Origin: Leptospira sp.
Lineage (GTDB): Bacteria > Spirochaetota > Leptospiria > Leptospirales > Leptospiraceae
DNA length: 64,000 bases
Assembly (NCBI GenBank): GCA_034439575.1
Contig: JAWXAQ010000030.1
Span: forward strand, 64,001-128,000
Direction: 5' to 3'
The position numbers and the translations under genes are program-made. Positions 19,248 through 30,203 of the stretch are shown piece by piece. The notes under the pieces were generated by a model, which was given only the letters and a program-made list of their open reading frames with translations, was not told the DNA's origin and ran no database searches. Position 1 is the stretch's first letter; every line of letters begins with the position of its first letter.

Positions 19248-22200
19248 CTAAGGTTCCTCTCCTGAAATCTGCAAAGATTCAATCGGTACTTCCCCGAAAA
19301 CTTCAGGTGAATACATGGCTTCCACACGTGCGCTAGGCAGGGAAAAATTCCCTATTTGGTTCAATTGGATCGTATATTCGATCACATGCTCACCTTGCGG
19401 AAGGTACTCATAAAAACTCCGAAAATGTGTGAAACTTCTCTCCTCAAAACTCGGTCCGTAAGTACTCTCTTGGCGAATCATACCACTAAGAATTTTGGAT
19501 TCTTTGGCCAATCCCTTACCCAAATGAATGGAACCTGAAGGAATCGGATCTTCTACCACCACCCAAGTTTTATCAGAATCAGCAGTTATCTGAAGACGTA
19601 TTTTCAATACATCTCCACGAGTCCATGATCCTGATTTTTTTTGAATGACTGGTATGATAGATCTTTTAATCGAATAACCACTATTTAGTGGTGACTTCAG
19701 AGGAAGTTTACTACGAGCTTGCCAAGATAACCACGGTTTGCCTTTTCCATTGTATGTGATGGAAAGATTTTTTTCTTTCTCTGTAACTGGTAGGGTGAGT
19801 GATGCACCTTCTGGTTTTGTAGGATCAAGTGGAAGTTCTTTTCCTAAATCAAAAACCGTAACCATACCACCCTGAACTTTCTCAGTTTCTAAAATTTTTC
19901 CAATATTTTCGACGGCAAGTATTCCATATGCATTACCGAGAGTGGTATCCCATTTTCCCTTAATTTGTTTTTTTAAGAGCCCTTTGATAATACGAGGCAG
20001 ATCTTTTTTATAAGAATTTTCTTTCAAAGTCCATAGAGTTAATTTTGCCATAGTGTAATCTTCTGATCCCATAATCCACCATGGAGAAGCAAAATTTTTA
20101 TCAGCAATCACAAGTTCTGTTCCTTGTAAATTCAATCTACTTCTCAATACATTGGCTAGACGTGATTTAATTTTATCATCCTTTGGAGGAATCCTAGTTA
20201 CAATTTCCGAAAGATCAATAATAGAAGAAGTGGGTAACAATTCAATATTTGAAAATAAGGAACTAATCATATCCCATTCGATGGTTTCATATCGGTATAA
20301 AGCTTCCGTCACAATTATTTTTCGTAGTACCAAATCGGCACCAAACGTATAATAATCTCCTCTTACGTTTCCAGCAAGGTATCCGCGTAAACCTTCCATC
20401 ATTTTTGTAACTATATCTTCCCGAAGATTATATCCCACGAGTTTACTTGAAGTTAAAATATAAGAAGTCAATATCTCACTTCCATGATCCATTCTTGGAA
20501 AAAATTTCACGAGGCCATTCTCATCCAAATATCCACCTAACTCTTCATCGATTTGTCTCCAATGGTTATTTGATTTAAGTCCAATCGCTTTAGAAACTTT
20601 TTGTTCCATACAATTATATGGATATTTTTGAAAATAATGCTCTACCGAGTTCATATTATTAAGTAATGAAGGCGAAACCGAAATCGTAAATTTACTACTT
20701 CCAGCCACTGCATCTATTGGTGATTTTAAACTTTCTTCAAATTTACCATCTAACTGTTGCAATCCTGCCATATAAACGGATTCTTTTGTCACTTCAGAAA
20801 TATTTTGAAAAGCTGACAATCGATCAAGTATTACACCATTTGGATCGCTTACTTCCAACTCAAATTTTCGAGATAAAGTATCTTTCGGTACTTCTAACTT
20901 CCATAAAACGGGGATACTTGAACTTGCCCCCGCGGAAATTTCTTTTTCTCCAAGGATCATTTCTGGAGACTTTTGTTTTCCACTAGAGCGAGCTACATCC
21001 ACAACTTTCAATTTTAATTTTAGATTTTTAGATTCACTAGAAGCATTGCGTATGGTAAATTCATGTTCTAGTACATCCCCTTCTCTTGCAACAGATGGAA
21101 TGCCAGAAAAAGTTTGGATGTCTTGATTTGTTTGAATGGACGTAGAACCCGTTCCAAATTCATAAACTCCCGAACTAACAACCGCTACAATCTTAAATGA
21201 AGTTAAAGAATCATTGAGTGGAAATTGAAAATTTGCTTTGCCCTCTTTATCTAATGTTAGTTTGCCCTTCCAATAAACTAAAGTATTAAATAGGGATCTT
21301 GTGGGTGATTTACCACCACTTCCCCCGCTTGGTTTCGCCTTTAAACCAAAATGTCGTCTGCCAATGATTTGCGATTGACCAGTCGAGGTAGATACATCAT
21401 GACCTCTTAACCCCATCATAGCATCCAAAAGTTTCCACGTTGGATTTGGTGAAAGTTCGAGTAATGCCTCGTCTACGACGGCGACTAACACCTCACCACC
21501 AGCTTTAGGAACTTTTCCTAAATAATCCTTAACTGCGACACTCGCGGAAACATTTTCTCTCACTTTATACTTTGTTTGAGAAGTATTTACAGAAACTGCC
21601 AATTCGTAAGGTTTCCAACCAACTCGTAATGGTGTGATTCCAAGGCGGAACGAAGGTCTCGCTAAATCAACTAGAGCCGTTGCCTTGGGTTCACCTATTC
21701 TTCCCCTTATGAGTAAGGCAGATAAATATACGTTAGGTGCATATTCTTTTTTTATAGGTATCGTAACAATAGGTTCTTTTCCAGAAACATTATATATGAA
21801 TGAATCAATGATACCTTCCCTTTCCACAGTGACTAATGCTGTTGCTTCTCTGAAAGGTGATCTCAATTGCAATTTTAAAGTTTCACCAATTTCTATATAT
21901 TTTTTTTCTGGTATGATATCCATTCGATTGTGATCTGTAACCTCAAACCACGAATCTTCTGATGAAGCAATATATGCGTTGTAAGTCGAATTTGTTTTAT
22001 ATCCATTTTGATCTTCAGCTTCAGCGCTAAATATTATCTCGCCACTCGCAGGTGCTTTCCCTTCACAAAACAAAATACCTTTATCATTTGTTTTACCTTG
22101 GCAATAGACTCCCAATTCCGTCACTTCTCTGTAATGTTCATAAGCATAATATCCACCAACTAACCTGCGTCTATTGGAATAATACTTTTGCGAATATGCC

Positions 22201-24890
22201 TTAACGGTTATTTTTTGATTCTTTTTTGGTTTATCATTTATATCTAAAGCCAAAATCTGCATTTCCACTTTATTTTGTGAAAACATCCATCCTTTGGGTT
22301 GAATTCCTATATGTAAGTCCGATACAAAAACAGGGAAGCGCCTATAAACTGTTTGTATTTCACCGGATGGATCTAAATATTCCATTTCCACATCTAAAGC
22401 TGAGTCCCCTTTCCATTCTTTGAAGCCATCAAAGGAATAAGAACCAAATCCCTTCTCATCTAAAGTTAATTTATCTGATTTAAAAATTTGTGGATGAGAA
22501 CTTGATTGACTATCTGTATCTTCTTCCGAATATCCACTCACAAGAACTTTACCCGTTTCAATCACTTCCGGATTAAATTGAAAGGCCGCATCATCGTCTT
22601 TAGGTGAATAATAAGCAGGCGATACTTGTCCTCTGATTTGAACTGGAAACAAAGATGCACCGCCTCCAGAAAGATATTGTAAATTTAAATCTACATTTAT
22701 TTTTTTAGGAGATACAAGAGGATTTTTGTTGTCTTTTAATTGTATGCCTCCACGTAACACGGGAAGGCGAAATTCTTCCACTTTGAAATTAGTTACTATA
22801 TTGCCATAACTATCATCTTCTTCAGAAGTGGGATAATATACACGATAATTTCCAAGCCTAGCATTCTTAGGGATTGTAAATTCTGATTCAGTCGTTCCGG
22901 GAAAAGACCAAACTATCGGAAAGGAATACTTTTCGCCCGATCCATCATGTTGGATCATTACTTTTTTGGGATACTTTTTTGGATCAGCGGCCGTAAGCCC
23001 AGATATGGAATGACCTCGCCTAAAGTGTTTTAGGTGAACCGTTTCTCCTGCACGAAAAAGCGTACGATCTAATACGACCGTTTGAATTTCACTTGCATCA
23101 TGATAGGAGTAGGAAGGTAAATTAAATCTCCAAGATTCTATTCCCTGATCCCAGGTGCTTGAGGTAAAAGAAACATCATCACCTTTTTGGGCAAAAACTG
23201 TAAGCCCACTCCCCATTTCATAATACCCACAGTAAGGTATTTCACCACCAGATAATTTACCAAATTTAAAAGTACCTTCTTTTCCAGTAACTCCAGTTAT
23301 GCGCGTTACACCTTTACAATCCACAATTTTTACAATGACACCAGCTTCTGGTTGTGCCTTATCAAGTGAAGTCACCCAAACAAGGCTACTTTCGCCTCCC
23401 CATTTTAGATGAACACTTAAGTTTGTAACAAGGGCACTTGATACAACATACATCTTTCCTTTCTTTTCCAAAAGATTCGCACCGAGAATATCACTGGCCA
23501 ATTCAACGACATAAAACCCTGGTTTTTCTAATGGTATGCCAATCACCTCCATCGGTTTTTTTCCGTTAGGTTTGGGAAGTGTTTGAACACTTGGTATGGA
23601 GGCACCAATGCGAGTACTAAATAAACTTTTTTCTCTCTGATGTTTTGCTAAGGCTAAAAACCACTTTTGAATTTCACTCGGATCGAGAGTACGTTGTGAA
23701 CTTAAACTTACGCTCAAATCTTGTCGAATCATAGGAATTTGTGCTTCTATATTTCTGACAGTGACTGGGATTGCTGGATTTGCATTTAATTCCAAAATGC
23801 CAAATTTTGCCGCGAATTTAGCTAGAGGCGGAAATTCAGCACTTTTCACTGTTAAAGGAAAGTTCCCTATATTTACTAATTTCCTTCCCATATCATCCGT
23901 TATACTGTCTGGTATATGTATAACGAATTCCGAATTTTCAGGAAATGGTCCCGCAAAACTTAAATATGTCGAGCCCTCATCGCCTGGTGTATCTTTTGAA
24001 TAATCAGATTCAAATATACTTCCATCTTTAGATTTTAATGTTATTTTTTTTAAATATTCTTTGGAAACATTGGAAGTAAAATGCATTCGAAATGGGAGCA
24101 TAGGTATACAATCCGATTTTGCATTCACTCTTTCGCAGGAAAAACTGACTGAAAACGGTGAACGTACTGTATAATTATGTATCTCATCTTCTGTAATCTC
24201 ACCACCTAGCACAGCTTTGATTCCTTTGCCCCATATCAATTGAATATTTTTTTGAGGAAGAAAAGTCTGCTTCGCCCGAAGGAGCAAAATATTCTTAGTA
24301 TCTTCCCTTTCTTGCGTTTTCAAAATAGTCCTTCGTTCTTTGCCATCAACTATCTGAACAGGGATCTTGTTGTTTAATTCTGCAATTGAAAAAAAAGCAA
24401 ACTTTTTGACTGAATCTAAATCTGCTTCAGCATCTAAATCCAAAATAAAAATTTGGTCTTCATCGATCACGTTACCAGAATAAGGTGAAGAATACCTTAT
24501 AGAGGGCCCGCCTGTATTGAAACTAAAAGATCTATCGCCTGTTAATATATTTCCCTTTAATGACTTAATCTCTGCATTGATATCAAATTTACAAATCACC
24601 CCACCTGGAAGCTCTGTTTCGAATTCATATACCCAGGTCGATGAATCAATCCATCTCGGTATACCAGGGAATGGACAATTTATTTTAAATAAATCAGACT
24701 TTGGTCTAGGGTCGCCTAATGCCACGATAGGTTCAGAAAATCGAACTTGAACTTGTTTTACCTGTTTGATTTGGTTTTGAGGTGAAAAAAATTCAATAAA
24801 GAGCGCGTTTGATTGCGAATAGAAATCAGATTGGAAACAAATCAAACATAGTATAAATAGAAAACTGGTGGACCTAAAGATTTGGAACAT
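19248..24890 (-). CDS. Bacterial alpha-2-macroglobulin
   Basis: MG domains (DRTLFRAGETVH, VEEFRLP, VAVVDEALL, NDSLTSF), thioester motif YPYNCMEQ, C-terminal EAMYSPEVFG; start moved to ATG 24890 (signal peptide MFQIFRSTSFLFILC). Confidence 0.93.
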   Translation of the reverse strand: MFQIFRSTSFLFILCLICFQSDFYSQSNALFIEFFSPQNQIKQVKQVQVRFSEPIVALGDPRPKSDLFKINCPFPGIPRWIDSSTWVYEFETELPGGVICKFDINAEIKSLKGNILTGDRSFSFNTGGPSIRYSSPYSGNVIDEDQIFILDLDAEADLDSVKKFAFFSIAELNNKIPVQIVDGKERRTILKTQEREDTKNILLLRAKQTFLPQKNIQLIWGKGIKAVLGGEITEDEIHNYTVRSPFSVSFSCERVNAKSDCIPMLPFRMHFTSNVSKEYLKKITLKSKDGSIFESDYSKDTPGDEGSTYLSFAGPFPENSEFVIHIPDSITDDMGRKLVNIGNFPLTVKSAEFPPLAKFAAKFGILELNANPAIPVTVRNIEAQIPMIRQDLSVSLSSQRTLDPSEIQKWFLALAKHQREKSLFSTRIGASIPSVQTLPKPNGKKPMEVIGIPLEKPGFYVVELASDILGANLLEKKGKMYVVSSALVTNLSVHLKWGGESSLVWVTSLDKAQPEAGVIVKIVDCKGVTRITGVTGKEGTFKFGKLSGGEIPYCGYYEMGSGLTVFAQKGDDVSFTSSTWDQGIESWRFNLPSYSYHDASEIQTVVLDRTLFRAGETVHLKHFRRGHSISGLTAADPKKYPKKVMIQHDGSGEKYSFPIVWSFPGTTESEFTIPKNARLGNYRVYYPTSEEDDSYGNIVTNFKVEEFRLPVLRGGIQLKDNKNPLVSPKKINVDLNLQYLSGGGASLFPVQIRGQVSPAYYSPKDDDAAFQFNPEVIETGKVLVSGYSEEDTDSQSSSHPQIFKSDKLTLDEKGFGSYSFDGFKEWKGDSALDVEMEYLDPSGEIQTVYRRFPVFVSDLHIGIQPKGWMFSQNKVEMQILALDINDKPKKNQKITVKAYSQKYYSNRRRLVGGYYAYEHYREVTELGVYCQGKTNDKGILFCEGKAPASGEIIFSAEAEDQNGYKTNSTYNAYIASSEDSWFEVTDHNRMDIIPEKKYIEIGETLKLQLRSPFREATALVTVEREGIIDSFIYNVSGKEPIVTIPIKKEYAPNVYLSALLIRGRIGEPKATALVDLARPSFRLGITPLRVGWKPYELAVSVNTSQTKYKVRENVSASVAVKDYLGKVPKAGGEVLVAVVDEALLELSPNPTWKLLDAMMGLRGHDVSTSTGQSQIIGRRHFGLKAKPSGGSGGKSPTRSLFNTLVYWKGKLTLDKEGKANFQFPLNDSLTSFKIVAVVSSGVYEFGTGSTSIQTNQDIQTFSGIPSVAREGDVLEHEFTIRNASSESKNLKLKLKVVDVARSSGKQKSPEMILGEKEISAGASSSIPVLWKLEVPKDTLSRKFELEVSDPNGVILDRLSAFQNISEVTKESVYMAGLQQLDGKFEESLKSPIDAVAGSSKFTISVSPSLLNNMNSVEHYFQKYPYNCMEQKVSKAIGLKSNNHWRQIDEELGGYLDENGLVKFFPRMDHGSEILTSYILTSSKLVGYNLREDIVTKMMEGLRGYLAGNVRGDYYTFGADLVLRKIIVTEALYRYETIEWDMISSLFSNIELLPTSSIIDLSEIVTRIPPKDDKIKSRLANVLRSRLNLQGTELVIADKNFASPWWIMGSEDYTMAKLTLWTLKENSYKKDLPRIIKGLLKKQIKGKWDTTLGNAYGILAVENIGKILETEKVQGGMVTVFDLGKELPLDPTKPEGASLTLPVTEKEKNLSITYNGKGKPWLSWQARSKLPLKSPLNSGYSIKRSIIPVIQKKSGSWTRGDVLKIRLQITADSDKTWVVVEDPIPSGSIHLGKGLAKESKILSGMIRQESTYGPSFEERSFTHFRSFYEYLPQGEHVIEYTIQLNQIGNFSLPSARVEAMYSPEVFGEVPIESLQISGEEP

Positions 24891-24960
24891 ATCTCGGATG
24901 AGTTTAAAATCCAGGACTTTGTTTGGGAATGAAAAAAATTTAAATATTAAAACGTCCTGA

Positions 24961-25770
24961 TCAATATAGTCCTTCGACTTTCCTATATAAAGCCAAATAC
25001 GACCAAAGAATAGCCACAAACAAAATAAAGCCCAATGAATAAACGCCCTTCTTCTGAATTTCCTCTTCTCCTCCCGCCCGCCAGACAAGAAAAATTGCAT
25101 TTTCTTTGGGAATATCGCCCACTACATTTCTTTTTTCAGAATCCCAAATCGATTCACGTAAAACGCTTCCCCCTCTTGCTTCATTTACAAAATCGCAATT
25201 TTCTTCAGGTTTCGCATAACATAGTGCATACAATTCAAAATTTTTGTTTGGTGAAACGCTAGATAGAATAGGAACAAATCGAAATTTTAAAACTGGTCCA
25301 TAATACTTGGATTGCCCTCTGGCTCTTACCGCGATAGGTGCTAAAAAACTTCCGCCTTTATCTTCATTCAATATAAAATCTTTTAAAAAGATATATTTGT
25401 AATGTGAATGTTTCACAACCTCTTCTGGAATCATATTTTTGATAGCAGTAACTTGTGTTATATATCCGACGAAATCTCCCAAAAATAAAATAGAAATCCC
25501 ACCGCAGAAGAGTGACAGAAAAACTGAAATTAAGATATAGTAACCAAATTTTGATATAAACGAAATTCCTATAAGTAAAAGAGGTAAAAATAATACCATC
25601 AAAGCCCAAATGGAAATAGATACTGGTAAATAGGCACCAAATGGTAAAAGTGCTATGGTAAATCCAAAAATCATAATTAGCCCGTAAACTAACATCAATT
25701 TGTTTGAAAAATTTGGATTCGGACGATTTGGGCGTCTTCTCGGTTGTGATTCAATAAATCCGAGTGTCAT
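24961..25770 (-). CDS. Hypothetical membrane protein
   Basis: 269-aa ORF, 3 N-terminal and 1 C-terminal TM segments; tightly packed in operon. Confidence 0.75.
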   Translation of the reverse strand: MTLGFIESQPRRRPNRPNPNFSNKLMLVYGLIMIFGFTIALLPFGAYLPVSISIWALMVLFLPLLLIGISFISKFGYYILISVFLSLFCGGISILFLGDFVGYITQVTAIKNMIPEEVVKHSHYKYIFLKDFILNEDKGGSFLAPIAVRARGQSKYYGPVLKFRFVPILSSVSPNKNFELYALCYAKPEENCDFVNEARGGSVLRESIWDSEKRNVVGDIPKENAIFLVWRAGGEEEIQKKGVYSLGFILFVAILWSYLALYRKVEGLY

Positions 25771-25771
25771 A

Positions 25772-26890
25772 TCAATAATCTCTTACTTTAAAATCTTTGC
25801 GAATCATCTGCCAATAATTTTCACCCTTCGATTTTTCTGATTCCGGATATGATAAGGCCAACATAAATCCCAATGGTGCTTTATAAAAATAATATTCCTT
25901 CATTAAATAATATATTAAATTTCCTGTTTCGTCTACTACTTTGAAGCGACTCGTATAATCTCCATTTTCCTCCAAACGCACAAAAGATTTTTGAAACATC
26001 GTTCTAGCATTTAATCCCCTTTCGCTATCCCAAAATCTAAAATAATCTTTTTTGGTTCTTAATCTTGGAATTTCATCGAAGGTCGATCCGATTGAAAATA
26101 GAATCTTAGAGGGAGCTTTACTTGTTAAACCAGCCTCTTGTAAAATTTTTGCCTCGTCCATTTCATCCCAATTTTCTGGTCTAAGTGGGGTTAAAAATTC
26201 AACAAATCGAACAAGTCTCATTATCGTTTTGTTTTCATAACGAAACTTTCCAGCTTGATTGCGAAATAAACCTTCATAACGAAGATTAGCTGGAATTTTG
26301 ATTTGGTATCTAAAAGTTTCAGATTCTAAATATAAATCCTGAATTTCTTTACTGTTTCCCTCGTAACAACCATATGGTTCTGTATGCACGTCAATTAAAC
26401 CTGGTTTGTGATCTAATTTACTCACCAATTTACTAACTAATTCATTTGCTTTATTTGCCCAATTGGGTGAAAAGAGTGGTTCTTTTTTGGCATGAAGCCT
26501 CTGACAAAGTCCTATTCCTTTACCAAGAAATAATGCGTCCAAGTCTCGCCTTGCCTCTATTAAAGCTTCCATTTCATAAGTGGCCAAATCTCCATCATCC
26601 AGTATTGGAAATTCTCTATGATAATCATTATCTATCGCATACGTAATTTTCATGGAAGGAAAAACATGATAGTTTCTTCCGAAAGCATCTTGATGGTATT
26701 CTATTTTGCGAGTCTCTTTGGATGAGGATATAAATCGGTGATAACTTCTTTTTTCTTCTTCCAAAGCATCTTTGATCCAAGATTTTTCAAGAAGTGGATC
26801 TACAATTAATTTCTCCTCGGAAAATAAAAAGACATTAGAGAAAAAAAGAAGCATAATTGCAATTCGCAAAAACACATCTTTTTTTTTCAA
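25772..26890 (-). CDS. Hypothetical secreted protein
   Basis: 372-aa ORF with Sec signal; 3 bp from upstream gene. Confidence 0.75.
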   Translation of the reverse strand: MKKKDVFLRIAIMLLFFSNVFLFSEEKLIVDPLLEKSWIKDALEEEKRSYHRFISSSKETRKIEYHQDAFGRNYHVFPSMKITYAIDNDYHREFPILDDGDLATYEMEALIEARRDLDALFLGKGIGLCQRLHAKKEPLFSPNWANKANELVSKLVSKLDHKPGLIDVHTEPYGCYEGNSKEIQDLYLESETFRYQIKIPANLRYEGLFRNQAGKFRYENKTIMRLVRFVEFLTPLRPENWDEMDEAKILQEAGLTSKAPSKILFSIGSTFDEIPRLRTKKDYFRFWDSERGLNARTMFQKSFVRLEENGDYTSRFKVVDETGNLIYYLMKEYYFYKAPLGFMLALSYPESEKSKGENYWQMIRKDFKVRDY

Positions 26891-26893
26891 AAT

Positions 26894-28393
26894 TTATACC
26901 TTGTATTTCGTTTGGATAAAGTTAAGTGCCATAGTAAAAATACGCGTAAATTCTTTCCTATGATCTTCATTGTTCACTCGAGAGAGTATACCTTTTAAAG
27001 TATTTTGCACCAAGTTATAGTTAGGCACATCAAAAAATGCTTTTTGGATATGTGGCCAAGCCATTCGCACCAAATTTACAAATTCAGGGCTCCCTTTTTT
27101 AAGTTCCACTATGGCCCGATCTAAGGTCATTTTAACCCATTGAAAATTTTTTAATTTCTGTAACAACATAACGAGCGTTTCTTTTTGGAATTGAGTTTTG
27201 TTTGTGATTCCTTCAAAAATTTGATCCCAACTAACAGGTTCTCCTTTTTGTTCTTTCATTAAACTGGTTCTAATTGAAATTAAAGTTTTTTCAAATTCCC
27301 CCTGTCCTCTTAACCAATTCTGGTAACCGACCTGGTCTGCTTTTTGTTGGAATCCAGAAATCATGGAGGAAAGATCAAAAAATTCTTTTAAGGTGTAGGA
27401 AGTAACCGTGGAGAGATAAGGGTCGGCAGGGATGGTCTCTTCTTCTTCCTCCATTTCTGGTGAGATATCGAGCATTTGATCAAATTCATCTGGCTCGGTT
27501 TCTGCGAGTGATGAATTATTTTCTTCGGACTCCCCGTCAAATTCTAAATCTTCTATTTCATAATCATCTTTTGGTGCGGAGGGAGAATTTGTTGGTTCTT
27601 CGATTTGTGATTCCGATACCGGTGGACCAATTTGAATGTCTAATTTTTCACCAGTGAGTGAATCGCCAAATGCTTCTACGATTTCAACTAATATGGATTT
27701 TTCTTTTTCACGAACAGCTGTTTGTTTTTTTACAGGCTCAGGCGGTGCATTCGCTTGTGTGAGAGCGGCAGTCAAGGATGTTGGTGGTGCTTTATCTGAT
27801 GGTGAATTTGAAATGGCAAGAGCTGCCTTCGCTGATTCTGCCATCAATCCTTGTGGTTCTATGATCTCGCCAGTTTTTGTATTTTCTAAAACAATCAATA
27901 TTCCATTTTGCACAAAACGATGGTCAGGTGGAAAAACGAATCCCAATCTCTCAATGATTTCTTCTGTGATACGATCAAAGTGAACTTCTGGACTTTTGTC
28001 CAATTTTTCTAATTCTTGGGCTTTTAACTTTTCTTTAACTTTTCCAAGTACATCTATAAAATTTGTATTTAAGTATGCTGAAATTTCACTTTGCGGAACA
28101 CCTAACATAGTCGCGAACTGCGGGAGGTGTTCAAAAAAATGATCCGTTTTTTTGACATTAGCCGTCATATAGGCTTTCGTAGATTTTACGATCGCATCGA
28201 TTTGAGCTTGGTCTAGTTTTTTGGCCTTTAAAATCTTTTTAAATAAATCAATGTGGGCATGAAAATAAGAGAGGAACTCGCCATAGGGAGTAAATTCATA
28301 CTCTCCTTGCCCTCGCTTTTCTAGAACTTTTTTTGAAGTGTCTGACATATTTGGGAATCTGTTCAAGACCATATTGAATTTTTCAAAGGTCAA
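26894..28393 (-). CDS. Hypothetical cytoplasmic protein with central acidic/low-complexity linker
   Basis: 499-aa ORF; helical termini and a D/E-rich middle. Confidence 0.75.
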   Translation of the reverse strand: MTFEKFNMVLNRFPNMSDTSKKVLEKRGQGEYEFTPYGEFLSYFHAHIDLFKKILKAKKLDQAQIDAIVKSTKAYMTANVKKTDHFFEHLPQFATMLGVPQSEISAYLNTNFIDVLGKVKEKLKAQELEKLDKSPEVHFDRITEEIIERLGFVFPPDHRFVQNGILIVLENTKTGEIIEPQGLMAESAKAALAISNSPSDKAPPTSLTAALTQANAPPEPVKKQTAVREKEKSILVEIVEAFGDSLTGEKLDIQIGPPVSESQIEEPTNSPSAPKDDYEIEDLEFDGESEENNSSLAETEPDEFDQMLDISPEMEEEEETIPADPYLSTVTSYTLKEFFDLSSMISGFQQKADQVGYQNWLRGQGEFEKTLISIRTSLMKEQKGEPVSWDQIFEGITNKTQFQKETLVMLLQKLKNFQWVKMTLDRAIVELKKGSPEFVNLVRMAWPHIQKAFFDVPNYNLVQNTLKGILSRVNNEDHRKEFTRIFTMALNFIQTKYKV

Positions 28394-28443
28394 GAGATTT
28401 ACGTAAGGATTGACGAAAACAATACGAGCATAAGTCTAGAGAT

Positions 28444-28713
28444 ATGAAAGCTTTGCTTAAATTAATTATTTTGTCTAGCTTGGTATTCACCTTTTCTCAG
28501 TGCCAAAAAAGAGAAGACAAAACGATCCAAAGAAACCTTCTCACCTTCGTTGTCGGTTGCACTGGTGGTTCTCTTAGTGCTTGCCAAGCAAATTGTGCTA
28601 CAACTTACCCTGATGTAACGGGCGAAAATTATCCAAATGTTTCTACTTGTAATTCAAATTGCTCAAATTACTGCAGTTTGACAAATCTTTACCTACTAAT
28701 TTCAAATAAGTAA
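28444..28713 (+). CDS. Small Cys-rich lipoprotein
   Basis: FSQ-C lipobox; C-x6-C-x3-C and C-x3-C-x3-C. Confidence 0.75.
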   Translation: MKALLKLIILSSLVFTFSQCQKREDKTIQRNLLTFVVGCTGGSLSACQANCATTYPDVTGENYPNVSTCNSNCSNYCSLTNLYLLISNK

Positions 28714-28732
28714 TAGATAACTGGACAAATAG

Positions 28733-29413
28733 CTATAAGCCGTATGCAAGTAAAGATGCGGCAACGATCCCTGCTGTTTCCGTTCGTAAAATTCCCCCTT
28801 CTAATTTCGCTCCTTGGACTTTACACTCATTCATTAAGTGAATTTCATCTTTATGAAATCCACCTTCTGGACCAATCAATGGAATCTTTTCTCTAAGCAT
28901 TGTTAATTCAAACTTCGTTTCCGAATGGGGATCAAATAAAAATAAATTCTCTTTTTCTCTACTTAGCAATTCGTTCAGTGTAAGTATTTCAAACTCTGCC
29001 AGGATTGTTTGTTTTGATTGAATCGCCGCTTCGGAAATAATTTTTTTGGCTCTATCTTGATTAAAATCTTTTCGAATCGAATGTTGGAATAGACAAAATA
29101 TGATTTTAGTTATGCCGATTTCGGTAGCTTTTTGGATAAAATAATCTAAACGATTTCCTTTCGGAAGTGCAATAGCAATCGTTAGCCGATTCTCTTTTTT
29201 TGGTAAATCAATTTGAGAAATAAAATCTAATTCTTTCTTTTTGGGAGAATATTGATAAAGATATGATTTACCAATTCCATCTCTAATTTCGATTAGGTGA
29301 TTTTCAAAACCTAACCTTCTTGCTTTTAGGTGAGAGTATTCATCACTAGTAAGTTGGATAGATTTTTCTGGTATAAATCCTTCTCTAAATAGAAGGAGAT
29401 CACCTTCATTCAT
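28733..29413 (-). CDS. rsmE: 16S rRNA m3U1498 methyltransferase
   Basis: QKATEIG, EAAIQS, IGPEGGF, ILRTETA SPOUT motifs. Confidence 0.92.
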   Translation of the reverse strand: MNEGDLLLFREGFIPEKSIQLTSDEYSHLKARRLGFENHLIEIRDGIGKSYLYQYSPKKKELDFISQIDLPKKENRLTIAIALPKGNRLDYFIQKATEIGITKIIFCLFQHSIRKDFNQDRAKKIISEAAIQSKQTILAEFEILTLNELLSREKENLFLFDPHSETKFELTMLREKIPLIGPEGGFHKDEIHLMNECKVQGAKLEGGILRTETAGIVAASLLAYGL

Positions 29414-30195
29414 CTACCTAAATTATCAACGGCAAAAAGAGAAGCATCAGGTGTGACTGATTTATCTACTTCCTGAATTTCCCAAACTGTGATACTACCA
29501 GTATTCAAATCTAACATTTCCCAACGAGATGCCTTATCCACATCTTCTACTTTGGCGCCTTCTTTAATTTTGATACTGCCATATTTTAAGTTGAGGGACT
29601 TAAATAAAATACCATCCCTGTCATGAAAATCTATTCGCGTTGGTTTTAGATCTTTTTTACTAACAAGTAAAACTAATTTTTTATAGAAGTATGGTAAAAT
29701 TGGTTTAAGGGCAATGCGATAGTACATCTCACCCGCTATTTCTAGATCTGCATTGACAACTGGATTGTAATTTGCCTGATACGAATATCCAGATAGGTCC
29801 ACGTAGAAAAATCCCGTACCCATAAGAGCTTCATACTTTTCATCATCTGTTTTGCGAAATAGTTTCGCAGACAGTACATTAAAGAAAAAAACATTTTCAC
29901 CCTCGTCTTTAGTGAGAAGTTTTGCTTCTAATCCTCGCCCCTTTCTATCAAATAAATAAAGAGCATCTTCTCCGTTAAAAAACCGATTGATCTTCCAAGT
30001 TTCAGATTGCCCATTCCTTCGAATGAGAGTGTAAGTGCCCTTAACCAAACCTTTACCAAAATCCAGTTCTTTGTCCAAACGAGCGAGTAACTCTTGTGCG
30101 GAAAGAGTCGTATCTGGTGCTTGTGCCGATACAGAATTAGAAAAAATGAATAGTGAGAAAATCATCACCAAACGTAGAGTATTTATTTTTCGCAT
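29410..30195 (-). CDS. Outer-membrane lipoprotein-sorting (LolA-like) protein
   Basis: Signal peptide; LMGTGFFYVDL and RIDFHDRDGILFK motifs. Confidence 0.75.
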   Translation of the reverse strand: MRKINTLRLVMIFSLFIFSNSVSAQAPDTTLSAQELLARLDKELDFGKGLVKGTYTLIRRNGQSETWKINRFFNGEDALYLFDRKGRGLEAKLLTKDEGENVFFFNVLSAKLFRKTDDEKYEALMGTGFFYVDLSGYSYQANYNPVVNADLEIAGEMYYRIALKPILPYFYKKLVLLVSKKDLKPTRIDFHDRDGILFKSLNLKYGSIKIKEGAKVEDVDKASRWEMLDLNTGSITVWEIQEVDKSVTPDASLFAVDNLGR

Positions 30196-30203
30196 ATTGT
30201 TTG

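Noticed and set aside
24891-25100. 70-aa N-terminal extension of alpha-2-macroglobulin in the ORF track
   Set aside because: Overlaps the upstream gene; the signal peptide begins at ATG 24890
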